The position numbers and the translations under genes were made by a program. From positions 7,653 to 71,652 of the forward strand of contig CAYTHI010000002.1 of NCBI GenBank assembly GCA_964437555.1: a stretch of 64,000 nt of DNA, in the 5' to 3' direction. Under the pieces are notes generated by a model. The model made no database searches and was not told where the DNA came from. It worked only from the letters and a program-made list of their open reading frames with translations. This document shows positions 53,546-62,291 of the stretch, piece after piece. The stretch comes from Candidatus Woesearchaeota archaeon (GTDB taxonomy: Archaea; Nanobdellota; Nanobdellia; Pacearchaeales; GW2011-AR1). Positions within the stretch are counted from its first letter, which is position 1; each line of letters starts with the position of its first letter.

Positions 53546-54223
53546 TTAAATCTTCTCTAAAATCTGCGCTCTCAATCCTTTCTCCCTGCAAAGCTCAACA
53601 AAATTCTGAGCGTCTTCCATTGTTCCAACAACTCCAGAGCCATAATGCATTGGTATTGCCAAATCAGGGCTGATAATAGAAGCTGCCTCTGCTGCCTCTT
53701 CAGCATTCATGACATATTTGCCTGAAACAGGAAGCAAAGCAATAAACTCATTTCCGTGCTTACCGTATCCTGTAAGGTTCTTCATTTCAGGAATAAAATC
53801 ACTGTCTCCTGTGTGATATAAAACAACATCTCCAAGCTTGATAACAAATCCAACCCATCCTTCTGACTTTGGGTGATAGTCTTTCCTTACATTGTATGCA
53901 GGAACAGCCTCAATCTTGATATCGTCCAGGTCAATTTTGTCTCCTGCTTCAACAACCTGCAATTCCACGCCTTGAATCTTCATTACTTTACTTTGAGCAT
54001 CAGCTGTGCAGACAACAACAGTTCCTGCTTCAGCCAGTTTTTCAATGTCCTTTATAGAGCAATGGTCATAATGGCTATGGCTTATCAGGATTAAATCAGC
54101 TTTCTCATTAAAGCTGTCAGGTATATTATACGGGTCTATGGCAATCCTCTTGCCGTTCCTGATAAAAAACCCTGAATGCCCCAAAAACAGGATTTCAGCA
54201 GCGCCTATCTTCATGAGAAACAA
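53546..54223 (-). CDS. Metallo-beta-lactamase-fold hydrolase
   Basis: LILISHSHYDHC (HxHxDH) and downstream His/Asp ligands. Confidence 0.7.
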   Translation of the reverse strand: MFLMKIGAAEILFLGHSGFFIRNGKRIAIDPYNIPDSFNEKADLILISHSHYDHCSIKDIEKLAEAGTVVVCTADAQSKVMKIQGVELQVVEAGDKIDLDDIKIEAVPAYNVRKDYHPKSEGWVGFVIKLGDVVLYHTGDSDFIPEMKNLTGYGKHGNEFIALLPVSGKYVMNAEEAAEAASIISPDLAIPMHYGSGVVGTMEDAQNFVELCREKGLRAQILEKI

Positions 54224-54262
54224 TATAAGCCGTGATTTTTAAAGATTGTTAATTTTCACAAG

Positions 54263-54589
54263 CTAATAACCAAATCTCCTTTCATAGTCTTTATGATTGA
54301 ACCATTCTAAAATAACAGATATTATCTCCACTTTATCTGGTGAGATTATAGTATACACAAGTCTCCATCCATCTGGCAAATCATATTTCCAAAGATTAGT
54401 CACATTATACTTAACAATGTATTCACGAGGAAATAGTCGTTTTGGTATTCTTATTCCTGCAAAAGCATTTTCTTTGAGCTCTTCAATTGCTCTTTTAATA
54501 TGCTTTTTCAAAATTTCATTGTCTTTAAGAGATTCAAAAGTTTTCTCCAGAATTTCTGAAACAAATGCTACCTTAGAGCGTTTTATCAT
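54263..54589 (-). CDS. RelE/ParE-family toxin-like protein (start taken at the internal Met MIKRSKV)
   Basis: C-terminal WKYDLPDGWRLVYTI...VEIISVILEWFNHKDYERRF resembles the RelE/ParE core. Confidence 0.5.
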   Translation of the reverse strand: MIKRSKVAFVSEILEKTFESLKDNEILKKHIKRAIEELKENAFAGIRIPKRLFPREYIVKYNVTNLWKYDLPDGWRLVYTIISPDKVEIISVILEWFNHKDYERRFGY

Positions 54590-54591
54590 AA

Positions 54592-54870
54592 TTAGTACCT
54601 CTTTCTTTTTGCAATAAGCTTGGTTAATTTGGGATTCCAAAGATAAACAATTACGTTTTCCCTGTCAAAGCCTATTTTATTAATACTCTGCAAATAATCC
54701 AAAACAACCAAATAAGTCTGCCACATAACTTTCCTAGGAAGTCTTTTCCACAATTCGGTTCTATTGAACTCTCCTGAATATTTTTCTATAGCTCTCTCTA
54801 TCATAAGAACCGTATCAAGTGTTGGTGATCTTAAAAACGGATTTTGCTCTTTCCTGCTAACTAAGTTCAT
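54592..54870 (-). CDS. Putative partner or antitoxin-like winged-helix protein upstream of the RelE-like gene (start at internal Met MNLVS)
   Basis: Ends 2 nt before the RelE-like start, a typical antitoxin-toxin arrangement; not a classical RHH/Phd sequence. Confidence 0.35.
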   Translation of the reverse strand: MNLVSRKEQNPFLRSPTLDTVLMIERAIEKYSGEFNRTELWKRLPRKVMWQTYLVVLDYLQSINKIGFDRENVIVYLWNPKLTKLIAKRKRY

Positions 54871-54922
54871 GAGAATCTGTATATCAATTGATATATAAAG
54901 TTTTCTATTTGCTAAAGCCCAA

Positions 54923-55309
54923 TCAATATTTTTTAATCGCCTCCCAAATCCAGATAATATTCTCTTCTGTATCCTTAACTTGAGCATACCATCCCATGTC
55001 TCCTACTTTATGCTTGGCCTTGATTATTTTCCCGCCTGCTTTCTCAACCTGCTTAATTTTTTCACCAACATTCTTAACATCGATCACTAAAACAGGACTT
55101 TTAGCGCTCGTTTCATCTCTCTTATACATCCCTCCATTTATAGCGCCAGATTCCTTAGGCATGAATTTATCATCAACTTCAACACTATGCACAATAGTAT
55201 AATTCATCTCCGGCATGTCATTGAGCTTCCATCCAAAAACATTTTTATAAAAATTACTAGCCCTGCTCTTATCATCAAATGGAATCTCAAAATGCACAAC
55301 TTTGTCCAT
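54923..55309 (-). CDS. VOC (glyoxalase/bleomycin-resistance) family protein
   Basis: 128 aa; HFEIPFDD N-terminal metal-binding pattern and paired beta-alpha-beta-beta-beta module length. Confidence 0.6.
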   Translation of the reverse strand: MDKVVHFEIPFDDKSRASNFYKNVFGWKLNDMPEMNYTIVHSVEVDDKFMPKESGAINGGMYKRDETSAKSPVLVIDVKNVGEKIKQVEKAGGKIIKAKHKVGDMGWYAQVKDTEENIIWIWEAIKKY

Positions 55310-55410
55310 GCTTTTTCTTAATAATTAGGATTGATAAACCTTGCCTAGTTTTTAACACCTCTTTTCTTGATATATAAAAGTTATTTAAACTAAATCTCCT
55401 ATTTTAATCA

Positions 55411-55869
55411 ATGAAAAAGCTAATTGAAGTAAAAAACCTAACATTTTCATTTCCCGAAGAAAAAGAGAAAGCCCTTGATAATATTTCCATGACAATTAAC
55501 GAAGGCGAAGTCTACGGGATAATCGAAGCTTGGATAGTAAGTGCAACCGGAATACCTGCCAGTTCGGGATTTGTGCCCGTAATTACAAGGGAAATAAACC
55601 ATGTAATAAATGCACAAAAAGCAAGGGCGCATAAAATAAAATTCTCTTTAAATAGACCAATAGAATCCTTGCAGACATTCTTCCCTATCATAATCCCAAC
55701 ATTCAACCTTCTTCTGAACAAAGCATTTGATTTATCTTTATCAATAGAAGCGAGGGCTTTCAGAGCTAAAAAAGAAAGAACATATCCTCCAAGACTCAAA
55801 TTCAAAATCCAGGACTATGTAGCGATAATAATCCTAATATCTCTCTTCGTCCCTTATTTTATTAAATAA
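55411..55869 (+). pseudogene. Remnant of an ABC/ECF-transporter gene: the first ~35 aa of an ATPase fused to an unrelated hydrophobic reading frame
   Basis: LIEVKNLTFSFPEEKEKALDNISMTINEGEVYGII is a canonical ABC N-terminus, but the Walker A that should follow (GxNGxGKST) is absent; the opposite strand encodes a permease-like fragment. Confidence 0.4.
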
Positions 55870-55874
55870 TTACT

Positions 55875-56147
55875 TCACCACTCCGCACTTTCCAGCTCAA
55901 CTTGCTCATAAACAATTGTCTTTAATTCGTAAAATTTAATAGTCTCTTCAACTTGGTCGTCAAAATACCTCAATTGATAATCTTTGTCTGTTTTAGCGTC
56001 AAAAAGCTCAATAATCATTTCTTTAGTTGTCTTGTAATCTTCAAAGACATAATGCGCATCAACTTCCAGTTGCAGTCCATTTATATTCATCTTGTCGCCT
56101 TTCTTAATTTGCGCAATCGGCTTTGACGCTTTTATTTTCATGAACAA
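55875..56147 (-). CDS. Small hypothetical protein
   Basis: 90-aa ORF. Confidence 0.4.
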   Translation of the reverse strand: MFMKIKASKPIAQIKKGDKMNINGLQLEVDAHYVFEDYKTTKEMIIELFDAKTDKDYQLRYFDDQVEETIKFYELKTIVYEQVELESAEW

Positions 56148-56165
56148 AAAAGAATAAATTGGTTT

Positions 56166-56363
56166 TTAAGCTTTAGCTTCCATAAGCTCCTTAATAATTC
56201 TACCCCATTCTTCTCCTTCCCAAATACCGCAAAATTTTGTTATATCTTTTTTCTTTTTTTCAGACTCTAAGGAATTCCTTATAATTTCTGAAAAAGACAT
56301 ATTTCTTTTTATTGCTTTTAATTTTCTATAAACATCATCAGACAAGGAGATTACCTTTACCAT
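56166..56363 (-). CDS. Ribbon-helix-helix/VapB-like antitoxin family small protein (orphan)
   Basis: MVKVISLSDDVYRKLKAIK is the beta-strand plus helix signature of RHH-type archaeal antitoxins; no adjacent toxin gene. Confidence 0.5.
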   Translation of the reverse strand: MVKVISLSDDVYRKLKAIKRNMSFSEIIRNSLESEKKKKDITKFCGIWEGEEWGRIIKELMEAKA

Positions 56364-56444
56364 ATAGGCATATTGCCCAGATTATATAAATAAATCTTTC
56401 TATCTAAATAATTTAAAGAAAATGTGTATTTTTATAATTATGCC

Positions 56445-57743
56445 TTAAGGCTTCCATCTTGTCATCGTCCTTGGAAAGCCAATTGCATCCTTTATTGTAT
56501 CAAGGCCGCATATCCATTTAACCAATCTTTCTGTTCCTAATCCAAATCCTCCATGAGGAACAGCCCCATATTTATGAATGTCAAAATAATACTGATAGTC
56601 TTCCAGCTTCTCTCCTTTTGCCTTCAACGATTTCTTTAATTCATCTATGTTTGTATCTCTCTCGCTTCCCCCGATTAATTCTCCGTTTCCTTCAGGCCCA
56701 AGCATGTCAAAGCACAAAGCTAATTTGGGATTTTTAGGGTCTCTTGGCTTGTAAAAAGCCATTATTTCTTTAGGATAATGAGTTACAAAAACAGGTATGT
56801 CATGCGATTCCATAAACTTTTCTTCTTCTATAGTGCGCAAGTCCTTTCCCCACTCCACATGCATCTTCTTCTTTTCTTTCAAAACTTTCAGAACCTCATC
56901 ATACCTAACTCTGGGAAATTTCTTCTTTAAAACAGCTTCCAGCTTTTTTACGTCTCTCTCCAAAAATTTCAGCTCCTCTTTATTTACCTCTAAAACTTTT
57001 TTTACAACATATTTAGTCATTTCCTCTGCATAACTCATTAATTCGTCTAAATCAGCCCATGCAATTTCCATTTCAGTATGCCAATACTCTGTTAAATGCC
57101 GTGAAGTTTTACTTTTTTCTGCCCTGAATGAAGGAGCAATTGTATAGATTTTCTCTAAGCCGTACATGGCTGCCTCTGCATACAACTGCCATGTCTGCGC
57201 CAGATACATTTTTTTGTCAAAATATTTTACTTCAAACATGCTTGGTCCATCTTCAGCCCCGCCTGGAATCAAAATCGGCGATTGAAATTCATAAAATCCC
57301 TTGCCTTTAAAGTATTCATGCAAAGCACCTGTGACAGTGCTTCTTATTTTCATAATAGAAGTCATTTTCCTGCTTCTAATCCACAAATGCCTTCTGTCGC
57401 CTAATAATTCTTCATTCAAATCCTTGCTAATAGGAAATTCGTCGCTAAGCCCGACAATTTCAATTTTATCAGCATGAATTTCATATCCTGTCGGGGCTCT
57501 TTTATCCTCTTTGATACTTCCACGAATTTCAACACTTGCTTCAATCTTCAATTTATCAATATCATTCCATTGCTTCTCAAAGTCCTTCTTCTCAAAAACG
57601 CATTGAATTATATCCGATGAATCACGAAGAACAATAAACTTAATTGCATTGCTTCCTCTTTCTCTGTGTATCCAGCCGCGCACAGCAACTTCGCCTTTGC
57701 CTTTTTTCATGGCTTCTTTTATTGAAATAAATTCTGATTTCAT
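56445..57743 (-). CDS. asnS: Class IIb aminoacyl-tRNA synthetase, probably asparaginyl-tRNA synthetase
   Basis: Motif 2 FRAEKSKTSRHLTEYWHTEMEIAW (the EF/YW pattern is typical of AsnRS), motif 3 GLGTERLV; N-terminal OB anticodon-binding domain. Confidence 0.6.
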   Translation of the reverse strand: MKSEFISIKEAMKKGKGEVAVRGWIHRERGSNAIKFIVLRDSSDIIQCVFEKKDFEKQWNDIDKLKIEASVEIRGSIKEDKRAPTGYEIHADKIEIVGLSDEFPISKDLNEELLGDRRHLWIRSRKMTSIMKIRSTVTGALHEYFKGKGFYEFQSPILIPGGAEDGPSMFEVKYFDKKMYLAQTWQLYAEAAMYGLEKIYTIAPSFRAEKSKTSRHLTEYWHTEMEIAWADLDELMSYAEEMTKYVVKKVLEVNKEELKFLERDVKKLEAVLKKKFPRVRYDEVLKVLKEKKKMHVEWGKDLRTIEEEKFMESHDIPVFVTHYPKEIMAFYKPRDPKNPKLALCFDMLGPEGNGELIGGSERDTNIDELKKSLKAKGEKLEDYQYYFDIHKYGAVPHGGFGLGTERLVKWICGLDTIKDAIGFPRTMTRWKP

Positions 57744-57748
57744 TTTAA

Positions 57749-58081
57749 TTATAAAATATTATTAAACTCCTTTTTAACCTTCTCAAAAGTCTCCTTATTA
57801 ACTCTTGCGACACTCTTTTTTATAGTTTTTTTATCCAATGTAAACAGCTTATTAATTTTAATCCTGCTTTTCCTTGGAATACTGCCGTTCTCCAAACTAA
57901 AATTATCTATTAAAACAGAGTATTTTGAATTCTTTAAATTTGAAGTAATCCCGCAGGTTACAATATCCCCAAATAATTTATTATCCTCCTCTTTAGATAA
58001 TACGAGAACAGGTCTTTGTCTTTTATCGCTCAAATCAGTAAAAGGAAAAGGAACTATGATAATTTCACCCTGCTTATACAT
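57749..58081 (-). CDS. mazF: MazF/PemK-family toxin (start at the internal Met MYKQGEIIIVPFPF)
   Basis: GEIIIVPFPFTDLSDKRQRPVLVLS is the MazF/PemK N-terminal signature. Confidence 0.65.
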   Translation of the reverse strand: MYKQGEIIIVPFPFTDLSDKRQRPVLVLSKEEDNKLFGDIVTCGITSNLKNSKYSVLIDNFSLENGSIPRKSRIKINKLFTLDKKTIKKSVARVNKETFEKVKKEFNNIL

Positions 58082-58307
58082 TGTTCCAGACCTCATCTTC
58101 TTTATTATCCCATAATTTTTTAGCAACTTTTTCAGAATGTTTCAGCAAATCAGAAAAATCATCCTTATTCACTTTCTTAATTACTATTGCGTCATCTGTT
58201 TTTGTCACAAACAGCTCATCTCCCTGCTCAATTTTCAAACTTTCACGAATGCCGACAGGCAGAGATATTTGCCCTTTGTCTGTAACTTTGATAATTTTAA
58301 CTTCCAT
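58074..58307 (-). CDS. mazE: AbrB/MazE/SpoVT-family antitoxin
   Basis: KVTDKGQISLPVGIRESLKIEQGDEL swapped-hairpin domain; overlaps the mazF start by 8 nt. Confidence 0.65.
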   Translation of the reverse strand: MEVKIIKVTDKGQISLPVGIRESLKIEQGDELFVTKTDDAIVIKKVNKDDFSDLLKHSEKVAKKLWDNKEDEVWNNV

Positions 58308-58356
58308 AGGAAAGTAAGAATTTCCTTACTTATAAATCTTTCTTTCAAAAAGCAAC

Positions 58357-59664
58357 TTAAGGAGTAAGTCTGCCCGGATCTCTTGCAAACAAAACAGCTT
58401 CTCTGATATTTTCTAACCCTAAAAGCACCATTGTAATGCGTTCTATTCCTAAGGCAAAGCCGCCGTGGGACGGAACTCCATATTTAAAAAACTTAGTAAA
58501 CCAGTCTACAGACTTTAATGGCAAATTTCTTTCTTTAACATTTTTTATTAGCTTATCATAACGATTTTCCCTTTGCCCACCAGAAGACATTTCCATTCCT
58601 CTATAATAGAGGTCCGTGCTTCTTGCATATTTCTCTCCTTCTTCACAATAGACATAAAATGGCTTAACCTTAAATGGAAATTTATTAAGGAAATAAAATT
58701 CTGTTCCGGGATATTTTTCCTGAACATGCCGCCATAATAATTTTTCAGCTTCAGCATCTAAATCCTCTCCGATTTTAATTTTTTTCCCCATTTTTCCGAG
58801 AATTTCATAAATCTCTGGAAAATTTATTTCTGGGAAAGGTGCCTTCGGTATTTTTAATGTGGCTCCTAAAGTTTCCAATTCTTGTTTGCATTCACTATTC
58901 ACTTTCTCAAAAGCAGAAATAATGACTTGTTCTTCAACTCTCATAACCTCTCTTTCAGACTTGATAAAAGCAATCTCCACAGCACAGGTCCTATGCTCGG
59001 TCAGATGCTTTACAGTGTTGCTTTTTTCAGCTCTCCAGCTTGGTCCAATATCGTAAATTCTTTCTATGCCTCCCGCAACTGTTAATTGCCTATGAAGCTG
59101 GGGGTCTTGCCTTAAATATGCCTTGGTCTCAAAATATTTTACTTCAAAAGCCTCGCTTCCTGATTCAGAAGCGACGCCCATTAGAGCAGGGGTAAAAACC
59201 TGTAAAAAACCATGCTTGTTAAGGTATTCCTGCATTCCCTCTATCAACTTAGCTTGTATCCTAAAAACCGCTCTATATTTGGGAGTTCTCAAACTAAGAG
59301 ACCTGTAATCCAATCTTGTAGGCAATTCCGCCCTGACCGCTTTCTCATTAACCTGCATAGGCAGCTCCTCCGCATTATTTAATATCTTAATATCGAAAAC
59401 CTCAACTTCAACATCTGCTCTGGCAAATTCCGCCTTAACGCTTGCCTTCTTCGCCTTCCCTTTAATCTCAACAATACTCTCTAAACTTAAATCTGAAATT
59501 TTACCCATTAAACCTTTATCACTGACAACACACTGAATCATTCCTGTATAATCCCTAAGAAGAATAAAACTAATCTTAGATAAATTCCTTATTTCATGAA
59601 CCCATCCATTTAATACTACTTGCTCTCCCGACTTAACCTCTTTAATAAAAGTCCTCTCCATCAC
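58357..59664 (-). CDS. aspS: Class IIb aminoacyl-tRNA synthetase, probably aspartyl-tRNA synthetase (archaeal type)
   Basis: Motif 2 WRAEKSNTVKHLTEHRTCAVEIAF, motif 3 GFALGIERI; paralog of 56445..57743. Confidence 0.55.
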   Translation of the reverse strand: MMERTFIKEVKSGEQVVLNGWVHEIRNLSKISFILLRDYTGMIQCVVSDKGLMGKISDLSLESIVEIKGKAKKASVKAEFARADVEVEVFDIKILNNAEELPMQVNEKAVRAELPTRLDYRSLSLRTPKYRAVFRIQAKLIEGMQEYLNKHGFLQVFTPALMGVASESGSEAFEVKYFETKAYLRQDPQLHRQLTVAGGIERIYDIGPSWRAEKSNTVKHLTEHRTCAVEIAFIKSEREVMRVEEQVIISAFEKVNSECKQELETLGATLKIPKAPFPEINFPEIYEILGKMGKKIKIGEDLDAEAEKLLWRHVQEKYPGTEFYFLNKFPFKVKPFYVYCEEGEKYARSTDLYYRGMEMSSGGQRENRYDKLIKNVKERNLPLKSVDWFTKFFKYGVPSHGGFALGIERITMVLLGLENIREAVLFARDPGRLTP

Positions 59665-59728
59665 CCCTTTAAAAAAACCTATTATTTAATCTTTTTGACT
59701 ACCAGAACTTTTTCTAAAAGTTGTAGTT

Positions 59729-60913
59729 TTAAGTATTTTTATCCATTAAATTAGCTCTATCTAAAAAGAAAGAATAATCTTTTGCAATTATCTTATTCTT
59801 TATCTTTATTGAATTAAACAATTCCTTTTGCTTTTTTTCCAGTTCTTTGTTGTATTTTGCTTCAATTAAGGCGTCTTTAGTGATAAAGTCTATTTCTATT
59901 GAATTTTCAAGATAATAGGCAGGATTTTCATCTTTTATCTTCAAAAATACCAAGTTTTCAAAACTAGCGCCTAAATCTTTTAATCCCGTTATAATATTTT
60001 TAATTCCTATGTCTCCTGCATAAATTTTCTTTGGGGAAGTCACTTTTTCGTTATAGGATTTAGCATACCTGTCAACAATATAAAATAAATAAGATTTTTC
60101 AAAATAGCCTACATATCTTTTTGCACTATCAACCGAGATTTTTAATATCTCTGCCATCTTGTTATAGCTCATTGGTTTTCCAACTCTCTGGCATAAAAGA
60201 ACAAAAAGCTCTTTTATTGTTTTCTCTGCTGTAATCTTATGGTAAGCTATTATATCTTTGTAAATTACACTTTCAATTAGTTCATTTAGATAATTTTTAT
60301 CTTCTGTTAGAACGTAATTTGGCATTCCTCCGATTTTCAGATAATCTGTAAAATAACTCTCCAGTTTGGCCGTATCAGATTTGGATATGCTGGCTTCTTT
60401 AAATTGTAAAAACTCCTGAAAGTCCAGAGGCATTATTTCTATTGTTATTATTCTTCCGGTCAGGCTTGCTTTTTTGTCTCTTAATAAAGTAGCAATTGAA
60501 GAAGAGCAGATAACTTTTATTTTTTCATTGTCATAAATGCTCTTTAGTTCCTGTTCAAAATTCTCTCTGGAAGAAACTTCATCTAAAAATAAATAAAAGA
60601 AGTCTGCAGAAGACTTTTTATGTATCTTTCTATATTCTTCTATTAATTGATGAATACTAAATTCCAAAAGATTGAATGCGTCCAGACTTACAAAAAATAT
60701 ATCTTCGGGCTTATTTTCCTTTAATAATTCTTTTATTGCCTGTATTACTATTGTTGTCTTTCCCACCCTTCTCAATCCAGTAAGAATAATTATCTCTTTT
60801 GACTTAATATTTTTGAATATTTGTGATAAATATTTTTCCCGAATGTAGCTTTCCTCTTTAAACTTGCTTTCCCACCAAGGATTTTGCTTAAACAATTCTG
60901 CTTCAATTTCCAT
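59729..60913 (-). CDS. AAA+ ATPase (DUF4143/COG1373-like archaeal ATPase); the start at 60913 (MEIEAELF) is preferred over the track start at 61033
   Basis: Walker A GLRRVGKTT, Walker B FLFLDEV; the upstream track extension would translate a tandem DNA repeat. Confidence 0.65.
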   Translation of the reverse strand: MEIEAELFKQNPWWESKFKEESYIREKYLSQIFKNIKSKEIIILTGLRRVGKTTIVIQAIKELLKENKPEDIFFVSLDAFNLLEFSIHQLIEEYRKIHKKSSADFFYLFLDEVSSRENFEQELKSIYDNEKIKVICSSSIATLLRDKKASLTGRIITIEIMPLDFQEFLQFKEASISKSDTAKLESYFTDYLKIGGMPNYVLTEDKNYLNELIESVIYKDIIAYHKITAEKTIKELFVLLCQRVGKPMSYNKMAEILKISVDSAKRYVGYFEKSYLFYIVDRYAKSYNEKVTSPKKIYAGDIGIKNIITGLKDLGASFENLVFLKIKDENPAYYLENSIEIDFITKDALIEAKYNKELEKKQKELFNSIKIKNKIIAKDYSFFLDRANLMDKNT

Positions 60914-60940
60914 ACATATTTCAATTCTTAAACATTTAAA

Positions 60941-60997
60941 TACTTTACTATTCCATCGTATAGTATTATATATTACTTTACTATTCCATCGTATAGT
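60941..60997. repeat. Two copies of the 24-bp direct repeat TACTTTACTATTCCATCGTATAGT (period 33 bp) in the promoter region of the AAA+ ATPase gene
   Basis: Exact copies at 60941-60964 and 60974-60997, 28-85 bp upstream of the ATG at 60913 on the minus strand. Confidence 0.6.
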
Positions 60998-61370
60998 CTG
61001 ATAAATACCTGTTGCATCAAAACAACCTGCCAAGACATACTTAATGAATTAGTTGAATTTGACTGCCTCCCGCGCGAAAGGGCTAATAATTATGCGTGTG
61101 GCCCAGCCATTTCTGGCTAGGAATAATAAAAGAAAAGATGTATTTTTATAATTATGCATTCAAAAGAGTGTCAAGAATTAGGGGCTTGATTTTGCTGTCA
61201 GGTTGGGGGGCTTTCGGGATAACTTTTATAGGATGTTTCTCTATAAAATGTATGCAGCAGAAAGATGTAAGCTTAATGTTGCAGGACAAGGAAACAGATG
61301 GATGAATTTAATTAAATCAGTTCAAGCCGCACCTGACAACACAGGAGAAAATTACGGAAAGCCCCGAAAG

Positions 61371-62222
61371 TCAGACAATCCTTGCATTCAATATGGCATT
61401 TGCAGAATCAATGCATGCTTGCTCGTCTGCTTTAAGCTGTGCAAGTCTTCCTTCAATTTCAGCCCTTGATTTTGTAAACTTCTTTTCTATTTGACTTTCA
61501 ATAAGTCCACTCAAATTTTTTGCGCTGTCTACGGCAGAAATTCTCCCCACCCTGCAAAGCCCGCTAAAGCAGTCCAAGCTGACGCCCCAGTCGGCATCCC
61601 AGTCGCCGTAGCTCAAGCTCAACCTACGAACGCCCGAATTTCCTCTCCATCTAAAATTATCTTTTAATGTCTTTTCTGCATCCTGTCCCTGTATTAATCC
61701 ATCAGCAGAGACTATTTGAGGCATTACTCCATATCTTTCTCCTCCTAATTTCAAGCCAAGAGATTTAAATGAAGCTAAAACTGGCATAACAAGCCCATGT
61801 TTCCCAGCATATTGAGTTAAAGCTTGCGCAACTTTTGCATCAGGATTATTTTCATCATACAAAGCAAGCCCATGGTCTATTAAAATTTCAGGGCGATACA
61901 TACCTGCCCTTTGTAATTGAATTCCTTCTCCAATTGTTGGAAGCCATCTTTCATCCCTGCTTCTCTTCATCAAAACTCTATTTACTACAATTCCCTTAAG
62001 ACGGCTAATATTATATAATTCTCCCGTACTTTTATCAACAGAAACTCCGCCCTTCAATCCAGGTGCGTTGCCATAATCAGAAACAATTGCCTTATTAGTG
62101 GCAGATACCACCTCTCTGGCTTCGTCAACACAAAAGGGCATTGAAAAAGTATAATTTCCATCATCCTGATTAAAAACAAAAATATCTGTTCCGTCTACTC
62201 TCTGATTTATCTCTCTTACCAT
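61371..62222 (-). CDS. Hypothetical protein with GC-enriched composition
   Basis: 283-aa ORF; no family recognised; composition differs from neighbours. Confidence 0.45.
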   Translation of the reverse strand: MVREINQRVDGTDIFVFNQDDGNYTFSMPFCVDEAREVVSATNKAIVSDYGNAPGLKGGVSVDKSTGELYNISRLKGIVVNRVLMKRSRDERWLPTIGEGIQLQRAGMYRPEILIDHGLALYDENNPDAKVAQALTQYAGKHGLVMPVLASFKSLGLKLGGERYGVMPQIVSADGLIQGQDAEKTLKDNFRWRGNSGVRRLSLSYGDWDADWGVSLDCFSGLCRVGRISAVDSAKNLSGLIESQIEKKFTKSRAEIEGRLAQLKADEQACIDSANAILNARIV

Positions 62223-62291
62223 GTCTTTCCTACAAATAATCGGTATTTAAATTTTTCTATTCTGTTACCACTTAACAGAAACACCTTAAAT

